The notes: generated by a model not told the origin, from the letters alone. A DNA stretch of 64,000 nucleotides from Octopus bimaculoides (GCF_001194135.2 NC_068981.1:172657058-172721057), one strand, 5' to 3'; positions 27,299-40,314 are shown, counted from the stretch's first letter. Translations and numbers: made by a program.

Positions 27299-27912
27299 AT
27301 AATAATAATAATAATAATCCTTTCTACTGTAGGCACAAGGCCTGAAATTTGTGGGGAGAGGTTAGTCAATTACATCGACCTCAGTGTTTCACTGGCACTT
27401 AATTTCTCGGCCCCCAAAAGGATGAAAGGCAAAGTCAACCTCGGTGGAATTTGAACTCAGAACGTAGTAACAGCAGGCAAAATATCGCTAAGCATTTCAT
27501 CCAGCACACTAACAATTCTACCAGCTCACCACCTTTATAATAATATTAATAATAGTAATGATGATGATGATAATAATAATAGCCCTTTACTATATAAGCA
27601 CAAGGCCTGAATTTTTTTTTGTCTTTTTGTGGCAGGGGTGTAGTTGATTACATCACCCCCTATACTCAACTGGGACTTATTTCATCAACCCTGCAAGGAT
27701 GAAAGGTAGAGTTAACCTCAGTTGGAATTCGAACTCAGAATATAAAACCATGTGAAATGCTGCTAAACATTTTCTCTAGCAGGCTAACAATTCTGCTAGT
27801 CCACTACCTTTAATAATGATTATTTCTACTATAAACACAAGGCATGGAATTTTGAAGGAGGAGACTAGTCAGTTACCAGTGCTCAACTGGTACTGATTTT
27901 ATCAACCCCCAA
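27299..27912 (-). mobile_element. Three tandem copies of a second tRNA-headed SINE (family 2) with (AAT)n spacers
   Basis: Units at about 27300-27537, 27581-27811 and 27822-27912 (partial). The minus strand has a B box GAGTTCAAATTCC and a core ...CCTTTCATCCTT...AAGTACCAGT. Other copies at about 13690-13835(+), 17720-17860(-), 21352-21490(-), 23852-24045(+). Confidence 0.82.
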
Positions 27913-29079
27913 AAATTTATAATTGATCTTTAATTCAGGAAAGTACAATATTCTGTTTTGGAACCCACTGGATAGTTGCATATTGACTTTTTATAGTTAG
28001 TGTAGTCTTATTAAGCGGGGTTTTGATAATAAGACTAACTTCTGATCTAAAACACTCGCACACACTTACAAATACAATACACCTCCTCACACTTACATAA
28101 TAAAGAATCTTTTCAGTATAAGGAGTGGGTGTTAAATTTATACATGAAATCTTGTAAAAAAAAAAAAGTCAAAAGACTATTAAAGACTAAGTGAACTCTA
28201 TCTTAATGCAACTTACTGACTTGTACTTAATATAAGCCCTATTTCTGATAAAGATAAGTATGTAGTCTAACAGGATCAAATATAAAATTCAATTATCTTT
28301 TGAAGGTAATGTAATATTTATACTCTGAAAGATGCTTGATTTATTTTATATGTATGTATATGTTTTTATCACAAGATTTAGTTCTTAGGTGATATCACTT
28401 CATTTACATACTCTTTCCATACAAGTAAATTGTATGATATATGTAGTGGGTTTATTACACTAGCTGTATTAAAGTGAGTTTATGACCTGCATTAATGGAT
28501 TAGATATGTGATAAGAATGGAGAGACAAGCGTTTCTCCTACCTCATTACTTTCAGTTTTTTTGTTTGCAATTCTATCTTTGCTGCACTGCTAATATGTGA
28601 AGATGCTAATTTGTTGCCTCTATATCTGCTTGGAGGATACACCAGCTGAAAGGCTGGTTAGTTCTATCTTACATATAGGATTTCTGACAAATGCTAACTG
28701 GAAGACAGCATCAAAGTATATTTCTGTCACCTCTCTACATCTTGGACATGATTGCCCAGTTGTTTGACCATGTCCTCCGAGTTGTAAGTCTGAATTTAGT
28801 CTTGTCTTCACATTTCTTGTGTTACAACTGCTATTGTAAGCACTCTCTATGCTTGACAACTTTCTTTTTTCTTTCTCATTTCCTTAATTCAAGTCAAGAG
28901 CTCTGTAGTATTTCTAAGTAGTAGAAACCCTTCTTCTTACCACAGATGTTGACATTAACTCAACATCTCGTGATCTCTGCAAATATCTCTCTCAACATAT
29001 CTGCTCGTTTTTAGGTTTGGCATCTTAAACCACTTTTGAGATGTTGATAACAGATGGACTGTGGTAGTTATCTTCACAA

Positions 29080-29080
<1 letters not shown>

Positions 29081-29144
<64 letters not shown>
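29081..29144. repeat. (AAT)n microsatellite, about 21 units
   Basis: Seen directly. Confidence 0.95.
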
Positions 29145-29541
29145 GCCAGATTGTTATTTTATCATAATTTTATATTTTGTCAAAACTTGTGAAAATGTTG
29201 ATATGACTTTTTTTCCCCTAAGTTTAACTAGCTATACAGGGACTCCATTACTGTGGTGAAATTATTAGTTGTCTAATAATGTCCAGCTGTAACAAAGATA
29301 ATCCTTTTTAAAATTAATTCAGTGTTGCCATTTGATAAAAACCATCAGCAGTTATGGCAAACTACAAATCAGAATGTATTCTTTTATTTTTTGATTAAGA
29401 GTAAGCTATTAAGTTTCAACCATTACAACAAATTTCAATAATTTTAAATAAACCATTTATTAAAATTGTGACTTATTTTAATTTGAAAATTACTATTTGT
29501 AAATCTCTCAATGAGAGATATTCAGCAACAGTACTTTGTAG

Positions 29542-29889
29542 TAAAGGTTGTTTGCCAACATAACATGGCAGTCCTGGTTTAGGACAAATGTTGCAGTAAT
29601 TCAGCCCCAGGAGACATTGTCTCCAGCTGGCTGTAGGACATGATCTGTGTCCTTATATTTTTGAACAAGGGAATCTATCACCCCCACTCAGCTCAAAACA
29701 ATATCTGTGTATCATGATTTCTAGGATATACACAGATATTGTTTTGAGGGTGCTAAATGCTATTGTTTGAAAATATAAGGACACAGATCATGTCCTACAG
29801 CCAGCTGGAGATGATGTCTCCTGGGGCTAAATTACAGCAACATTCTTCCTAAACCAGGACTGCCATGTTATGTTGGCAAATAATCTTTA
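29542..29889. mobile_element. 348-bp foldback MITE (long TIRs, about 15-bp loop)
   Basis: taaaggttgtttgccaacataacatggcagtcctggtttagga... is inverted at ...tcctaaaccaggactgccatgttatgttggcaaataatcttta. Arms of about 165-175 bp pair throughout except for one short indel; TA at both ends. Confidence 0.9.
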
Positions 29890-30235
29890 TTTTAAATTCA
29901 TTTGCTAGTTGAAGCCAGTTAGCTGTGGCTGTGCATAAGACATTGTTAATGAAAAGTTATTTTAGTAATTACAATAATATTTCTTTGGACTTCAGATCCA
30001 ATAAGATGACCATTATTTCTGATGAGATAATCATACAGCATATTTGAACAATTAGTAAATTACCATAACTTGTGATTAAATTCTTGTTTTATCAAATAAG
30101 GATACTTCAATACTGAATTGAAAAAAAATATCAGAATTATTTTTTGGATATGTTAAAAGCAAGAATGATTTAATTAGTCTGTTATGATCAAACAGGTGAT
30201 TACAAGATCACATGACAAAACAACTCCTCTTACTA

Positions 30236-30452
30236 TTTACTCTTTTACTTGTTTCAGCCATTTGAGTGCGGCCATGCTGGCGCACCACCTTTAGTCGAAC
30301 AAATCGACCCCAGGACTTATTCTTTGTAAGTCTATTACTTATTCTATCGGTCTATTTTGCCGAACCGCTAAGTTACGGGGATGTAAACACACCAGCATCG
30401 GTTGTCAAGCGATGTTGGGAGGACAAACACAGACACATAAACATATACACAC

Positions 30453-30496
<44 letters not shown>

Positions 30497-30653
30497 GACG
30501 GGCTTCTTTCAGTTTCCGTCTACCAAATCCACTCACAAGGCTTTGGTCAGCCCGAGGCTATAGTAGAAGACACTTACCCAAGGTGCCATGCAGTGGGAAT
30601 GAACCTGGAACCATGTGGTTGGTAAGCAAGCTACTTACCACACAGCCACTCCT
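30236..30653 (-). mobile_element. tRNA-headed composite SINE (family 1), young near-full-length copy
   Basis: Minus-strand head GTGGCTGTGTGGTAAGTAGCTTGC...GGTTCCAGGTTCATTCCC (A/B boxes), internal (TA)n/(TG)n, and 3' module ending gaaacaagtaaaagagtaa. Many copies in the window. Confidence 0.88.
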
Positions 30654-33331
30654 AACTGGCTTCTTTTTATTTATTTATTTATTTTTTTGTCAAAACGATA
30701 TTTCATTCTCATATTATTGATGCAGATTTAAATTTCCTGAGCATTGGTTGTTATATTTAATATTCACTAAATTATGTACAAGCTACCAGAGATTATAGCA
30801 GTCAAAACTTATGAATTGTAACTCCTTCTTTATAATTCCACTGTCATTGTACTTAACAACAGCAGGGAGTATAATTGAATTCAAGGGCATACAGAATAAG
30901 GATTCCCTCATATACTGGTCACATATGAAAATAAATTAGCAGATTTTAGGTGTACATTTAGCCAAGTACCTTGGAGATAAGGTAAGCTCCTAGCAAATCA
31001 AACCTGCAACCCACCTTAGGTTCCAGGATGAAACTCATTTAGCCTCATTTATCTTTCTTTCTGAATCATTCTTCAGTTGTTGCTGCTGATTAGAAAACAT
31101 AAACAAACATTTGGTGCCTGACTCACCAGCATGTGTCATCCATCTATTCTCTTATTCAAACCACTGTAGTTTTGCCATTCTCAATGATGCAGCTGATAAT
31201 TTGTAGTATCAAAATTTTTTTTATACTTACTTAGAAATAACCATTTAAGTCGCTCTAATGGTAGATCAATCTTTGATAGAAATAAAATTGCTTATATTAT
31301 GCACCTTGTTTGCTAACATGTCAGTTGATTAATTTACACTGTGTATCCTGAAGTCATCAGACAAGTCTATTTTTTTAATGTCAGTATTATATTTAGCATT
31401 TTTCTACAGATAAATATGTTGGTCAAAAATGTTAATTCTGTAACTAATAAAAATACATAAATGTTCAGTTGTGTAGTTACTTTATGAAGCAACTGGTTTG
31501 TAATACAAAGGCAATATTTGTTAAACAATACAAAAAAATATTTGCTATTTTGGCTTTTAAAATATCTAAAATGCTTTTATATAAGTTTATTGTCTTTTAT
31601 ATATATATATGTATATAGTGACAATTCTATTTCAACAAAAGCTTTTAAAATGTTTCCTAAACCACTCCATTTCCAACTGAATTATTAAGTCTTTGAATTC
31701 CTTACATCATTTCCTATGTTTCTACTTTGTTATGTCAAGTCCATAGTGTTAGAAATAAGAACTCTGAGTTTAATTCCAACTAAGGGTGTGTGTGTGTGTG
31801 ACAATTTGGCATCTAAAAACTAAAGACAATGCACACACACAGTATGTGAAATGGGGGAGGTGGATGGGCAAAAATTGGCTGAATAGAAATTTTCTGCAAT
31901 ATTTGAAATTCTAATCAACTGCACCCAGCCTTCATCAGGAAAATAAATATATATCATTTACATTCATATTATTTCATTTCATGAATTAAAGTTCTTCCTT
32001 CCTCAAATTGCACAAACATACATAATCCCTTAGCACATAGCTCTGAAGATACATAATTTGTTGAAGTGTCTCATCTGCAAATATCGCAATTATTAAATAC
32101 ATATTTTTAAAAAATTTGTATTGTTTTAGGTATTTATTTATCCATAACGATATAAAAAAAAACATTCTTTCCATAGTTCTCTTTGTTAGACATATTGAAT
32201 TCATTAGCATTATGAATGCTCATACTGAGAAAATCAGCCAATCAACTGATCTGAATACAGTTATATGTGTAACAACAGGTTGAACATTCAGCACCTTAGA
32301 AAAATTAGTCAAAAAATGAGCTCAGAAAACATTTGTACCTTACTCACTTCTTAGGCTTATATATACAAGGGCTGAAATGGAAAACTTCCACAATATTTGA
32401 ATTAGTTATGTTACCTTTCTCTTCACTTCTAAATGTTCTTAAATGTTTAGACTCTTTCCCAAAATATCTGTAACCAGAATCAGGTGCCTCAAATACCTAA
32501 AAAATTAAATATTTCCTTCCAACTTGAAAATTGTCATAGCAATTTCATTATGATATAGCTATTAGAAGTTTCAGATGTAATTTAAGTTTTCTTTGTATAT
32601 ATGTGTATGTTTGCATGTTTTGGAATGTGTTTCAGCATTTGTGTGCAAGCATAAGGGAATATTTGTTTACAAATGTTGTATGCATATATGTGTGTATGTA
32701 TATGTGTGCTTTTGCATGTGTGTGTGTGTGTGTAGAAGCACTTCTCAATCTTATACAAGGATGGAATATCAGATAAAGTTTGGGTATAGTGTTATCAGAA
32801 AAAGTTGATTTATAGGGCACCCTTGTAGAAACTGTTTGTTTACTATTTTGGTAGCTGAAATTTCTATTTAGTATTTTCAAATGTGGACTTGTCAAAGTCC
32901 ATTTATAGCTCATTGTAAGTGTTAGAAAGTTGACTTTACTCGTCAGAATTTTAGTCTACTTAATGTCGGTTGGTTTTTCACTCATTTATGCTGAGGAAGC
33001 ATATCAATATTTCTGTAGATTTTTCACTCATTTATGTTGAGGAAACATATCGATATTTCTGTAGATTTTTGTATGCCTTTTCAGTATTCAATATTGAGGC
33101 AAGATTTTAAATGGTAAGTTGTCCACAAGGATATGCACCCACACACACTAACTTTTGCATTCTTTTGTTATAAATAATAAATTATATAAATTATGAAAAA
33201 TGATAAATTCTAAAAAAAAATTTTTTTTTAGTCATATGAATGAGATATAAATTCACTGTAAGATCTTTTCATTTGTAATTTGTATATCATTTTAACATTA
33301 TAAATTTATTATAACATTTATTTTCTTGCAG

Positions 33332-33504
33332 GATGTGGACAAGCTAAAAATTGAGGTAGACCATGTCTATAAATCCTTAAAGTACATCAAGGAAGTAGTT
33401 GACAAGGAAACTTTACAAATTCTCCCAGCAACTGCATCTGCTGTGTTAGAAACTGTAACTGGTGTCTTTACACTTCTCAGCAATTTCTTTTCAAACCAAG
33501 ACAG
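33332..33504 (+). CDS. RAPGEF1: RAPGEF1/C3G internal coding exon A (DVDKLKIEVDHVYKSLKYIKEVVDKETLQILPATASAVLETVTGVFTLLSNFFSNQD), phase 0 to phase 2
   Basis: Acceptor ttattttcttgcag at 33331 and donor AG|gtaaaa at 33505; 173 nt. The peptide resembles the recalled human C3G segment ALRYFKTIVDK...VLEMLPGSASKVLE. It splices in frame to the next exon. Confidence 0.9.
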
Positions 33505-36500
33505 GTAAAAAAAAAATTTTTCCTTTTATTTTTATACAGAGGATGAAGTTTCTGACTTTAAAAAAGATAATTCTAATATCTGATTGTTCTGATCGTTCTT
33601 TGTTGCATCTGTAGTTCTGAGTAAAGCAAATTCCTATCTATTTCATTTGGCTGTCTGACAGTATTCAAATGTAAATATTTTCATATAATTACTTATATTA
33701 ACTAGTTTATTCAAAAACTTTGGAATGGAGAAACATTAAAGATGCCAGTAATGGAATGCGTATCATGGAATGGTTCTTTATTTCTGCCAATTTCATTTTA
33801 AAGGTTTATAGTACTTTCGCTTTAAGAGTTGGCAAGTGAGAGAATTTATCTAAGAAGAATAAGTTTGAGTTTAAAACAGTGTAATTTTAAGAAGCTTAGA
33901 TTTTTCCTTAATGTGAAAAGCAAATGGACTCTTAAATCTGCTCTTCACAAACTAAGTCATTAAGAGAGCCACTATTTGTTGTTTGACTTGCTAAAATAGC
34001 AACCTAATCTCCTTTAAATCACACCCAACTACCTTAAAAAAGAAAGCACATATTGGATAATAATTATATCTTGGTTACACTCTGCAAGAAAAAGTTGGTC
34101 TGATCACAGATGGAATACTGGTTGAACAATCACCAGTGATGACTCTTGAGTTTTGTCAAGAATGTACTGGTGCCACCATAAAATGCACCCGTCTGCATCC
34201 TATTCTATTCTTCTGGACCTACATAACCATTCAATATATATATAAACCTTAATGATATTCACAATCATGCCACTTATCACACAACACCATTGACCCTTTT
34301 GTCACCATATTTCTAATGAAATACATTGTTATTGTTTCAATTAATTTTGAAAATAATGAAGAATTTAGTAAAATAACTGTCATTATTAAGTTGGTGTTTG
34401 AAACATGAAATTTTAATGAAAGGCTTTAACTTAAAACACTTTAAACAGAAAATTCATTGAACTAAAGACAGTCTCAAACAGGTTGGTATCAAGAGTTTAT
34501 ATATATATTTACCACCAATATACACTACCACACCTCACTACAACACACTGAAGAATAGATCTCTGGATCACGGTGTGTTGTTTGATTGACTACTTTTATC
34601 CTATACAACTTTTGAGCAGAGCTGAGCTACAACTAAACAATAACAATTTTCCTTTAAAACTTAACAGGTCTTATAAAGGAGAAAGAAACCAATATTTCTC
34701 TTTTTTTTTTAAGTTAAGAGACAGTTCTTGACCTCAATAGAAAAACTTTTGTTGCAAGTTATTTTATTAAGTTGATTTCTATTTCACTTATGATAAGTAA
34801 ACTAATGCAACTCTTAGAATAAAATATGAAAACCTGGTCTAAGCTTTAAGAGTTTATGATATAAATTTACATACACATAGCACAATATTATTTTGAAGAT
34901 ATTGTTTTATTATTATTTGGGTGAAGTATGTCTAAATACAATGATCATGCTCATTTTCATTGATAATGAATAAAAAATATTGTAAAAGTGTTATTATTAG
35001 GAGGTTGTTGAATCAGGAGTGTAAATGAGTTAAAGCAAGAAAATCTAAGAATTAGCTCTAGTGATTAGGTAAGAATCTAAAAACGAATTTATGTTTGTAC
35101 CAGAAAATGCAACTACTTAACATTCGTGACTGACTGAAAGATTTAAGGTCTGCTGAACTGAAATATGAGAATAGGGGAGAAAAGCTATGGGTTCTGACAA
35201 CTTGACAACTGTTTAGGAAGTGCATGAAGAAAGGTCAGGTTTTGAAATATGCCTTAAGGGAAGTCTTTGATTTTCATGACTGTTGCCAGACTCTCCTTCA
35301 AACCCATCATATCTGAAGATGTTACACAGATTCATGACTAGATGCCATAGGAACTTCGGTATGCAGGCAACTTGGCTCTTATTTCAGGAGCTGCAGAATA
35401 TAAGTGAAATTTAATATTGTATAAGCAATGTATTTCTGGAGTTTGCAAATGATGCAGTGGGATCTTCGGTAGACTGACTTGGAATCAATATTGTAAGTGT
35501 ATCACATGCACTACATAAACTAAGTAGGCAAGGAATAAAAATAATGAAATGCCTAGATTACTAACAGGAAGTAGTAGATATATTCTGATACTTATTTTCT
35601 TTTATTATTGATGTGTATAGCTTGACTAGTTGTCAGTCATAGCTAAGCAAATTTCTTGTCAAAAGTATTTCCTTTTTTTTTTTCAAAGATGACAGGGTAT
35701 GACTTGAGGAAAATTTGGCTGCTATTTCTAGCAGATTGAACAACCAAGTAGTGCACCTCTCCTCATTAGCTTGTTTAGTGTACAAGATTGTTTCAGAAGC
35801 TTCAAGAACTGCACTTTATGATGCAGTTGAAAGAATTTTTTTTTCTGGTAAAAAGAGCAGCTTTTATAATGCACATGTCAGATGTGTGGTGCTTTAAAGT
35901 ACTGCACTATTTACAACAGTGACAGAGGCTTTACAGCCACAAAGGATAAATAGATTAAATAAGAGTTGTTAGATGTGCAAAATGAATTTAGAAAGTGAAA
36001 GTAAAATGAGCCACCAACATAAGAGTATGCTACATTGAACAAACATTTAATGTAAGTATATGTGGAAAATTGCTGAATTTGTTGAATACGTAAGAAGTAG
36101 GTAGGTCAAAAGTAGATTGCAGATGAGGTTAAAAGCTTTCAGATAAGATTCATGGAAAGATATTGTATTGCAGATATTTCTTGTATCTGTATAGGAAAAT
36201 ATGTTACATTAAATTAGAAATATTGTGTTATTTTGATTGCTTTTATTTACATATTTTGAATGGTAAAAAATTTTACAGTGGTATCTATAGAAATCATTGC
36301 TTAAATTTTGTTTTAATTCTTTGATGCAATTCACTATAATCACCAAATTTGTAGAGTGAACAGTTAGAAGAGTTTTACATTAGTTTGTAGTTAATATTTA
36401 CTTCAGTTATCTGTGAATTAGATTTTATATAAAATATTTATAGTGAATACCAAAGTTAAGCTGGTTTACAGCAAAATAAAATTGTCTACTGATAACTATA

Positions 36501-36860
36501 TGGTTCTTGGAAGGAGTCAGGAATTGATAAAAAAAAAAAATGTTTTACGAGTGCAGTAAATTTTGTAATTGAATATAGCTCTAAAGAATTATGGGGGAAA
36601 TATAGCAGTAATGACAAGAACAAGGTCAAGACAGGACTGGCAAACTTAAAGGTTTATCATTGAGTAAAGACCTGCTTCTATTTCATTTTGTTATTTTTTT
36701 GCTAAGTTCTTTGTTAATTGTTACACCCTGGAACTATTATATTTGTATCTTGAGTTGTTGTTTACAAATGTTTTCATTATTCTATTTGATCATTGGCATT
36801 TACATATACAGTGTTATGATTATGTTGTTAAACTGTTATTGCTCCTTTCCTGTCTTGCAG

Positions 36861-37008
36861 TAGTATGATGCTATCCCGTCACAATCAAGTGTGCCAATGT
36901 TTAGCACACTTGATTCGTTGGGCTGACAAGATTCTGCTGTATGGTAATGACCAACTTAACAAAGATAATGCTCATGAAGTTATCAAGGCACTGGCAGATG
37001 GAATGAAA
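36861..37008 (+). CDS. RAPGEF1: RAPGEF1/C3G internal coding exon B (SMMLSRHNQVCQCLAHLIRWADKILLYGNDQLNKDNAHEVIKALADGMK), phase 2 to phase 0
   Basis: Acceptor ctttcctgtcttgcag at 36860 and donor AAA|gtaagt at 37009; 148 nt. Matches recalled human C3G SRVYQSLANLIRWSDQVMLEG...VIKAVLDGVK. AG from exon A plus T gives Ser and keeps the frame. Confidence 0.93.
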
Positions 37009-37199
37009 GTAAGTGATGTTATTTCTCAAGAATATTGTCTTTATTTTGTTTAGTTTGCATGGGAATTTTACTCTAAATTCTAAGTGTTATATCTTAATCT
37101 GAGAGCATTTATGTAGTATATGTACAAACATTTAATGACATGAGAAGCCTAACTTGTACAATAGTGATGATAAAATTATTGGTGTCCCTATAGAGATGT

Positions 37200-37385
37200 A
37201 ATGGGCTTGAGAGAAGCCTGCCCTGGTACAAGCATGTGATGTGTATGGAGGATACATTTGCAGTGCTCAGCACTACATGCACTGAGCACTTGCAGTGGAT
37301 GGAACCTGTGGAAGAGAGGACCTAGGAAGACATAGAATGAAATGGTGAAAGACTAACCTCAAGAAGCTGAATCATGAATAAGTAG
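37200..37385 (+). mobile_element. Degraded RTE LINE 3' coding fragment
   Basis: Encodes ERSLPWYKHVMCME and a frameshifted GTCGR...PRKT.NEMVK, homologous to ERRLRWYGHVVRME of the 39-40 kb copy. Confidence 0.65.
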
Positions 37386-38428
37386 ATAAAAAATTATGAT
37401 GATTAGCAATATGCAGTACTGGAGATGATCAGCCCACCTGTACAAGTATAGCAATTGGTAATTAAAATAATGATGATTGTGATAGAAGTTGAGAAGTATA
37501 ATATATATCTAAGTCTTTCACTATTTAAGTCTCCATCTACCTTTTTACCCTCTTATCTGTCACCCTCTATCCTATTTATTGTATCATGCCACTAGTGTTT
37601 GATGTGTCTGTATTGAATCCCTCTGATATCACCCATTACCATTTTCATTTTGCACTTCCATCTCTATGCTTCTGAAACAAGGGATGATATTAAATCCATT
37701 GATATTCAGTACATCCTACTGTCACCTTCTACCATCTTCTCTCTCTCCCCCATGTAGCTCTTAGTTGAGATATACCTATCTTATTTACCAGCAGTTTTTC
37801 TATCCATTACTCATTCTCTTGCCATGATACATCTTTATTGCTCTCCCATCATGCTGCTTTCTATTCGATCTCTTTACTAACAACAAACATGTAGCTATCA
37901 CTGTCTCTCTTCCATTACTCCTTCCTTTAACATCTTATTACTCTGTTTTTCCCATCACACTCATACTCTCCCTTTTATTCTCATAGTCATCATTCCTCCT
38001 ATTGTTAACATTCTCTGTTAGGTTTGCCTTGAAAGGAAAAAGACTACATAGAGTAGTGATGACATTTTAGTCTTGTCAAGAGCATGATAATCTCTCTAAT
38101 GCTGGTGCCACCATAATATGCACCCAGTGCACACTGTATAGTGGTTGGTGTTATGAATGGCATCCAGCTATAGAAATCATGCCAAAAATGGAATGCTCAA
38201 GTGAGATATGATTTGCCAACTCATCTAGAAGAGCAATAACTCCAAATAAGAATTAACTCAGTGTGTAATGTCCCATATAACCCATATCAGCATAGAAAGG
38301 GGATGTAAAAATAAATTATGATAAAAATCTATGCTCTACTAGTATTGCTTAAAAGAACACTTTTTAGATTTGTATTCCCTCTTCTCAAAAAGCAGCTAAA
38401 ACCCCGCCATTCTTATACTAATTGTTAC

Positions 38429-38665
38429 CAGTGATTCTCAACACTTTTTTGTGCCTAGGGATCAATTTTGTTCCACTGGACCTATATTCGATGTATATAA
38501 AAAAATCCTTCTGTATTTTTATAATTAAGTATTAGGAACTGCATTGAAAAATTAAAATAGTTTGTGCATTGTAGAAGTATAAGCAGCTTATTGTGCATAA
38601 TTTTAACAACAAAATTTCATATGGAGCTCCCCCTGGGCCATATAGACCCTGGTTAAGAACCACTA
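38429..38665. mobile_element. hAT-Charlie-like MITE
   Basis: TIRs cagtgattctcaac / gttaagaaccacta (CAGTGGTTCTCAA type). No intact 8-bp TSD. A single similar end occurs at 2549. Confidence 0.55.
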
Positions 38666-39258
38666 CCTTAAACAATCACTTCTCTCTCTTAACTGTTTTC
38701 TTATATTCTACCATTAGATTTTTTTCTTATACTGTATATCTTGAATGGGGCTGCTAAAGTTAATTATTCTGTGACCTTTCACTAAAATCAGATGTTATCT
38801 AATGTTTTTTTTCATTGCTTGTGTTATGGTCTAAAAGAGTTTATTATAAGTATCAACTGGTGGACTTGCACAGCTATGACTTCAACTTTGACTTGAAATT
38901 TAAATAAAATATTAAATGGATCTTATGAATTTCCCACAAGTATTAAAAGAAGAAATCTATAAATATGTACTTGCATTCAAGTCTGCCAGTGATTCAGCAA
39001 AATCTTTCATAGAGTTTGCCATCGTATGTTTTTTAATACATAAGGGACAAATAACTGTAGCACTTAAATTACAACCATTTTGTTAAATATAAAAATATAG
39101 GTTAAAATATTAATGAATTAAAAAGCAGTATAAGAACAAAAAGGAAAATTATAAAATACATTACTTTCCCCTAATGTATTGTGGTTTTATCCAGACTAAA
39201 TAGTGTGAAGAAAAAAATGAGGAAATTGTAAATTTTAAAAAAAGTGAAATTTTATCTG

Positions 39259-40144
39259 CATCATCATCATCATCATCATCATCATCGTTTAACGTCCGCT
39301 TTCCATGCTAGCATGGGTTGGACGATTTGACTGAGGACTGGTGAAACCGGATGGCAACACCAGGCTCCAGTCTGATTTGGCAGAGTTTCTACAGCTGGAT
39401 GCCCTTCCTAACGCCAACCACTCAGAGAGTGTAGTGGGTGCTTTTACGTGTCACCCGCACGAAAACGGCCACGCTCGAAATGGTGTCNNNNNNNNNNNNN
39501 NNNNNNNNNNNNNNNNNNNNNNNNNNNNNNNNNNNNNNNNNNNNNNNNNNNNNNNNNNNNNNNNNNNNNNNNNNNNNNNNNNNNNNNNNNNNNNNNNNNN
39601 NNNNNNNNNNNNNNNNNNNNNNNNNNNNNNNNNNNNNNNNNNNNNNNNNNNNNNNNNNNNNNNNNNNNNNNNNNNNNNNNNNNNNNNNNNNNNNNNNNNN
39701 NNNNNNNNNNNNNNNNNNNNNNNNNNNNNNNNNNNNNNNNNNNNNNNNNNNNNNNNNNNNNNNNNNNNNNNNNNNNNNNNACGGGTTCCCTCAACTGTTA
39801 GGGTGTGGCACTTTTTCACGCAGCTATCCTCCTCCATTCTCACCACATGTCCATACCAGCGCAATCGTCTCTCTTGCACGCCACAACTGATGCTTCTAAT
39901 GTTCAGCTTTTCTCTCAAGATACTTACACTCTGACGGGTATTCACATTGACATTACACATCCAACGGAGCATACTGGCTTCATTCCTTGCGAGCTTACGT
40001 ATGTCCTCAGCAGTTACAGCCCATGTTTCACTGCCATGTAGCATGGTTGTTCGTACGCATGCGTCATACAGTCTGCCTTTTACTCTGAGTGAGAGTCCCT
40101 TTGTCGCCAGCAGGGGTAAGAGCTCTCTAAACTTTGCCCAGGCT
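39259..40144 (-). mobile_element. Young 5'-truncated RTE-clade LINE with (GAT)n tail, spanning an N gap
   Basis: Uninterrupted minus frame AWAKFRELLPLL...LYDACVRTTMLHGSETW...ERRLRWYGHVVRME, typical of an RTE ORF C-terminus. CpGs are intact and the 3' end is a (CAT)n array at 39259-39285. Confidence 0.92.
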
Positions 40145-40219
40145 TTAAAAAATTTTTTTTACTAAAACATTGTGATATTTCATCTTTAGTGTTTTCATAC
40201 AATAACATTTTTATTATAG

Positions 40220-40314
40220 GAACTTGCTCAAGCTTCAATTGATAAATTAGAAAATCGGAAAAATGGTATTCCAAGATCTCCTGGTCCAATCAATGCACCA
40301 TTTCATCAGGAAAG
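40220..40314 (+). CDS. RAPGEF1: RAPGEF1/C3G internal coding exon C (ELAQASIDKLENRKNGIPRSPGPINAPFHQE), phase 0 to phase 2; not in the ORF track
   Basis: Acceptor tttttattatag at 40219 and donor AAG|gttcgt at 40315; 95 nt, open frame. Supplies exactly the phase-0 to phase-2 bridge needed between exons B and D. Corresponds to human ELVRLTIEK...PSP. Confidence 0.85.

Noticed and set aside
28620-28921. Overlapping ORFs with slightly higher GC
   Set aside because: No recognisable motif or splice signals; possibly an old transposon remnant but unclassifiable.
30948-30986. Short open frame ending KYLGDK|gtaagc (phase-0 donor)
   Set aside because: No polypyrimidine acceptor; KYLG is a common RT motif, so a LINE remnant or chance is more likely.
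40080-40289. Antisense ORF overlapping exon C; also ORF 35715-35897
   Set aside because: By-products of exon C plus the RTE end and of a repeat fragment; no independent coding evidence.
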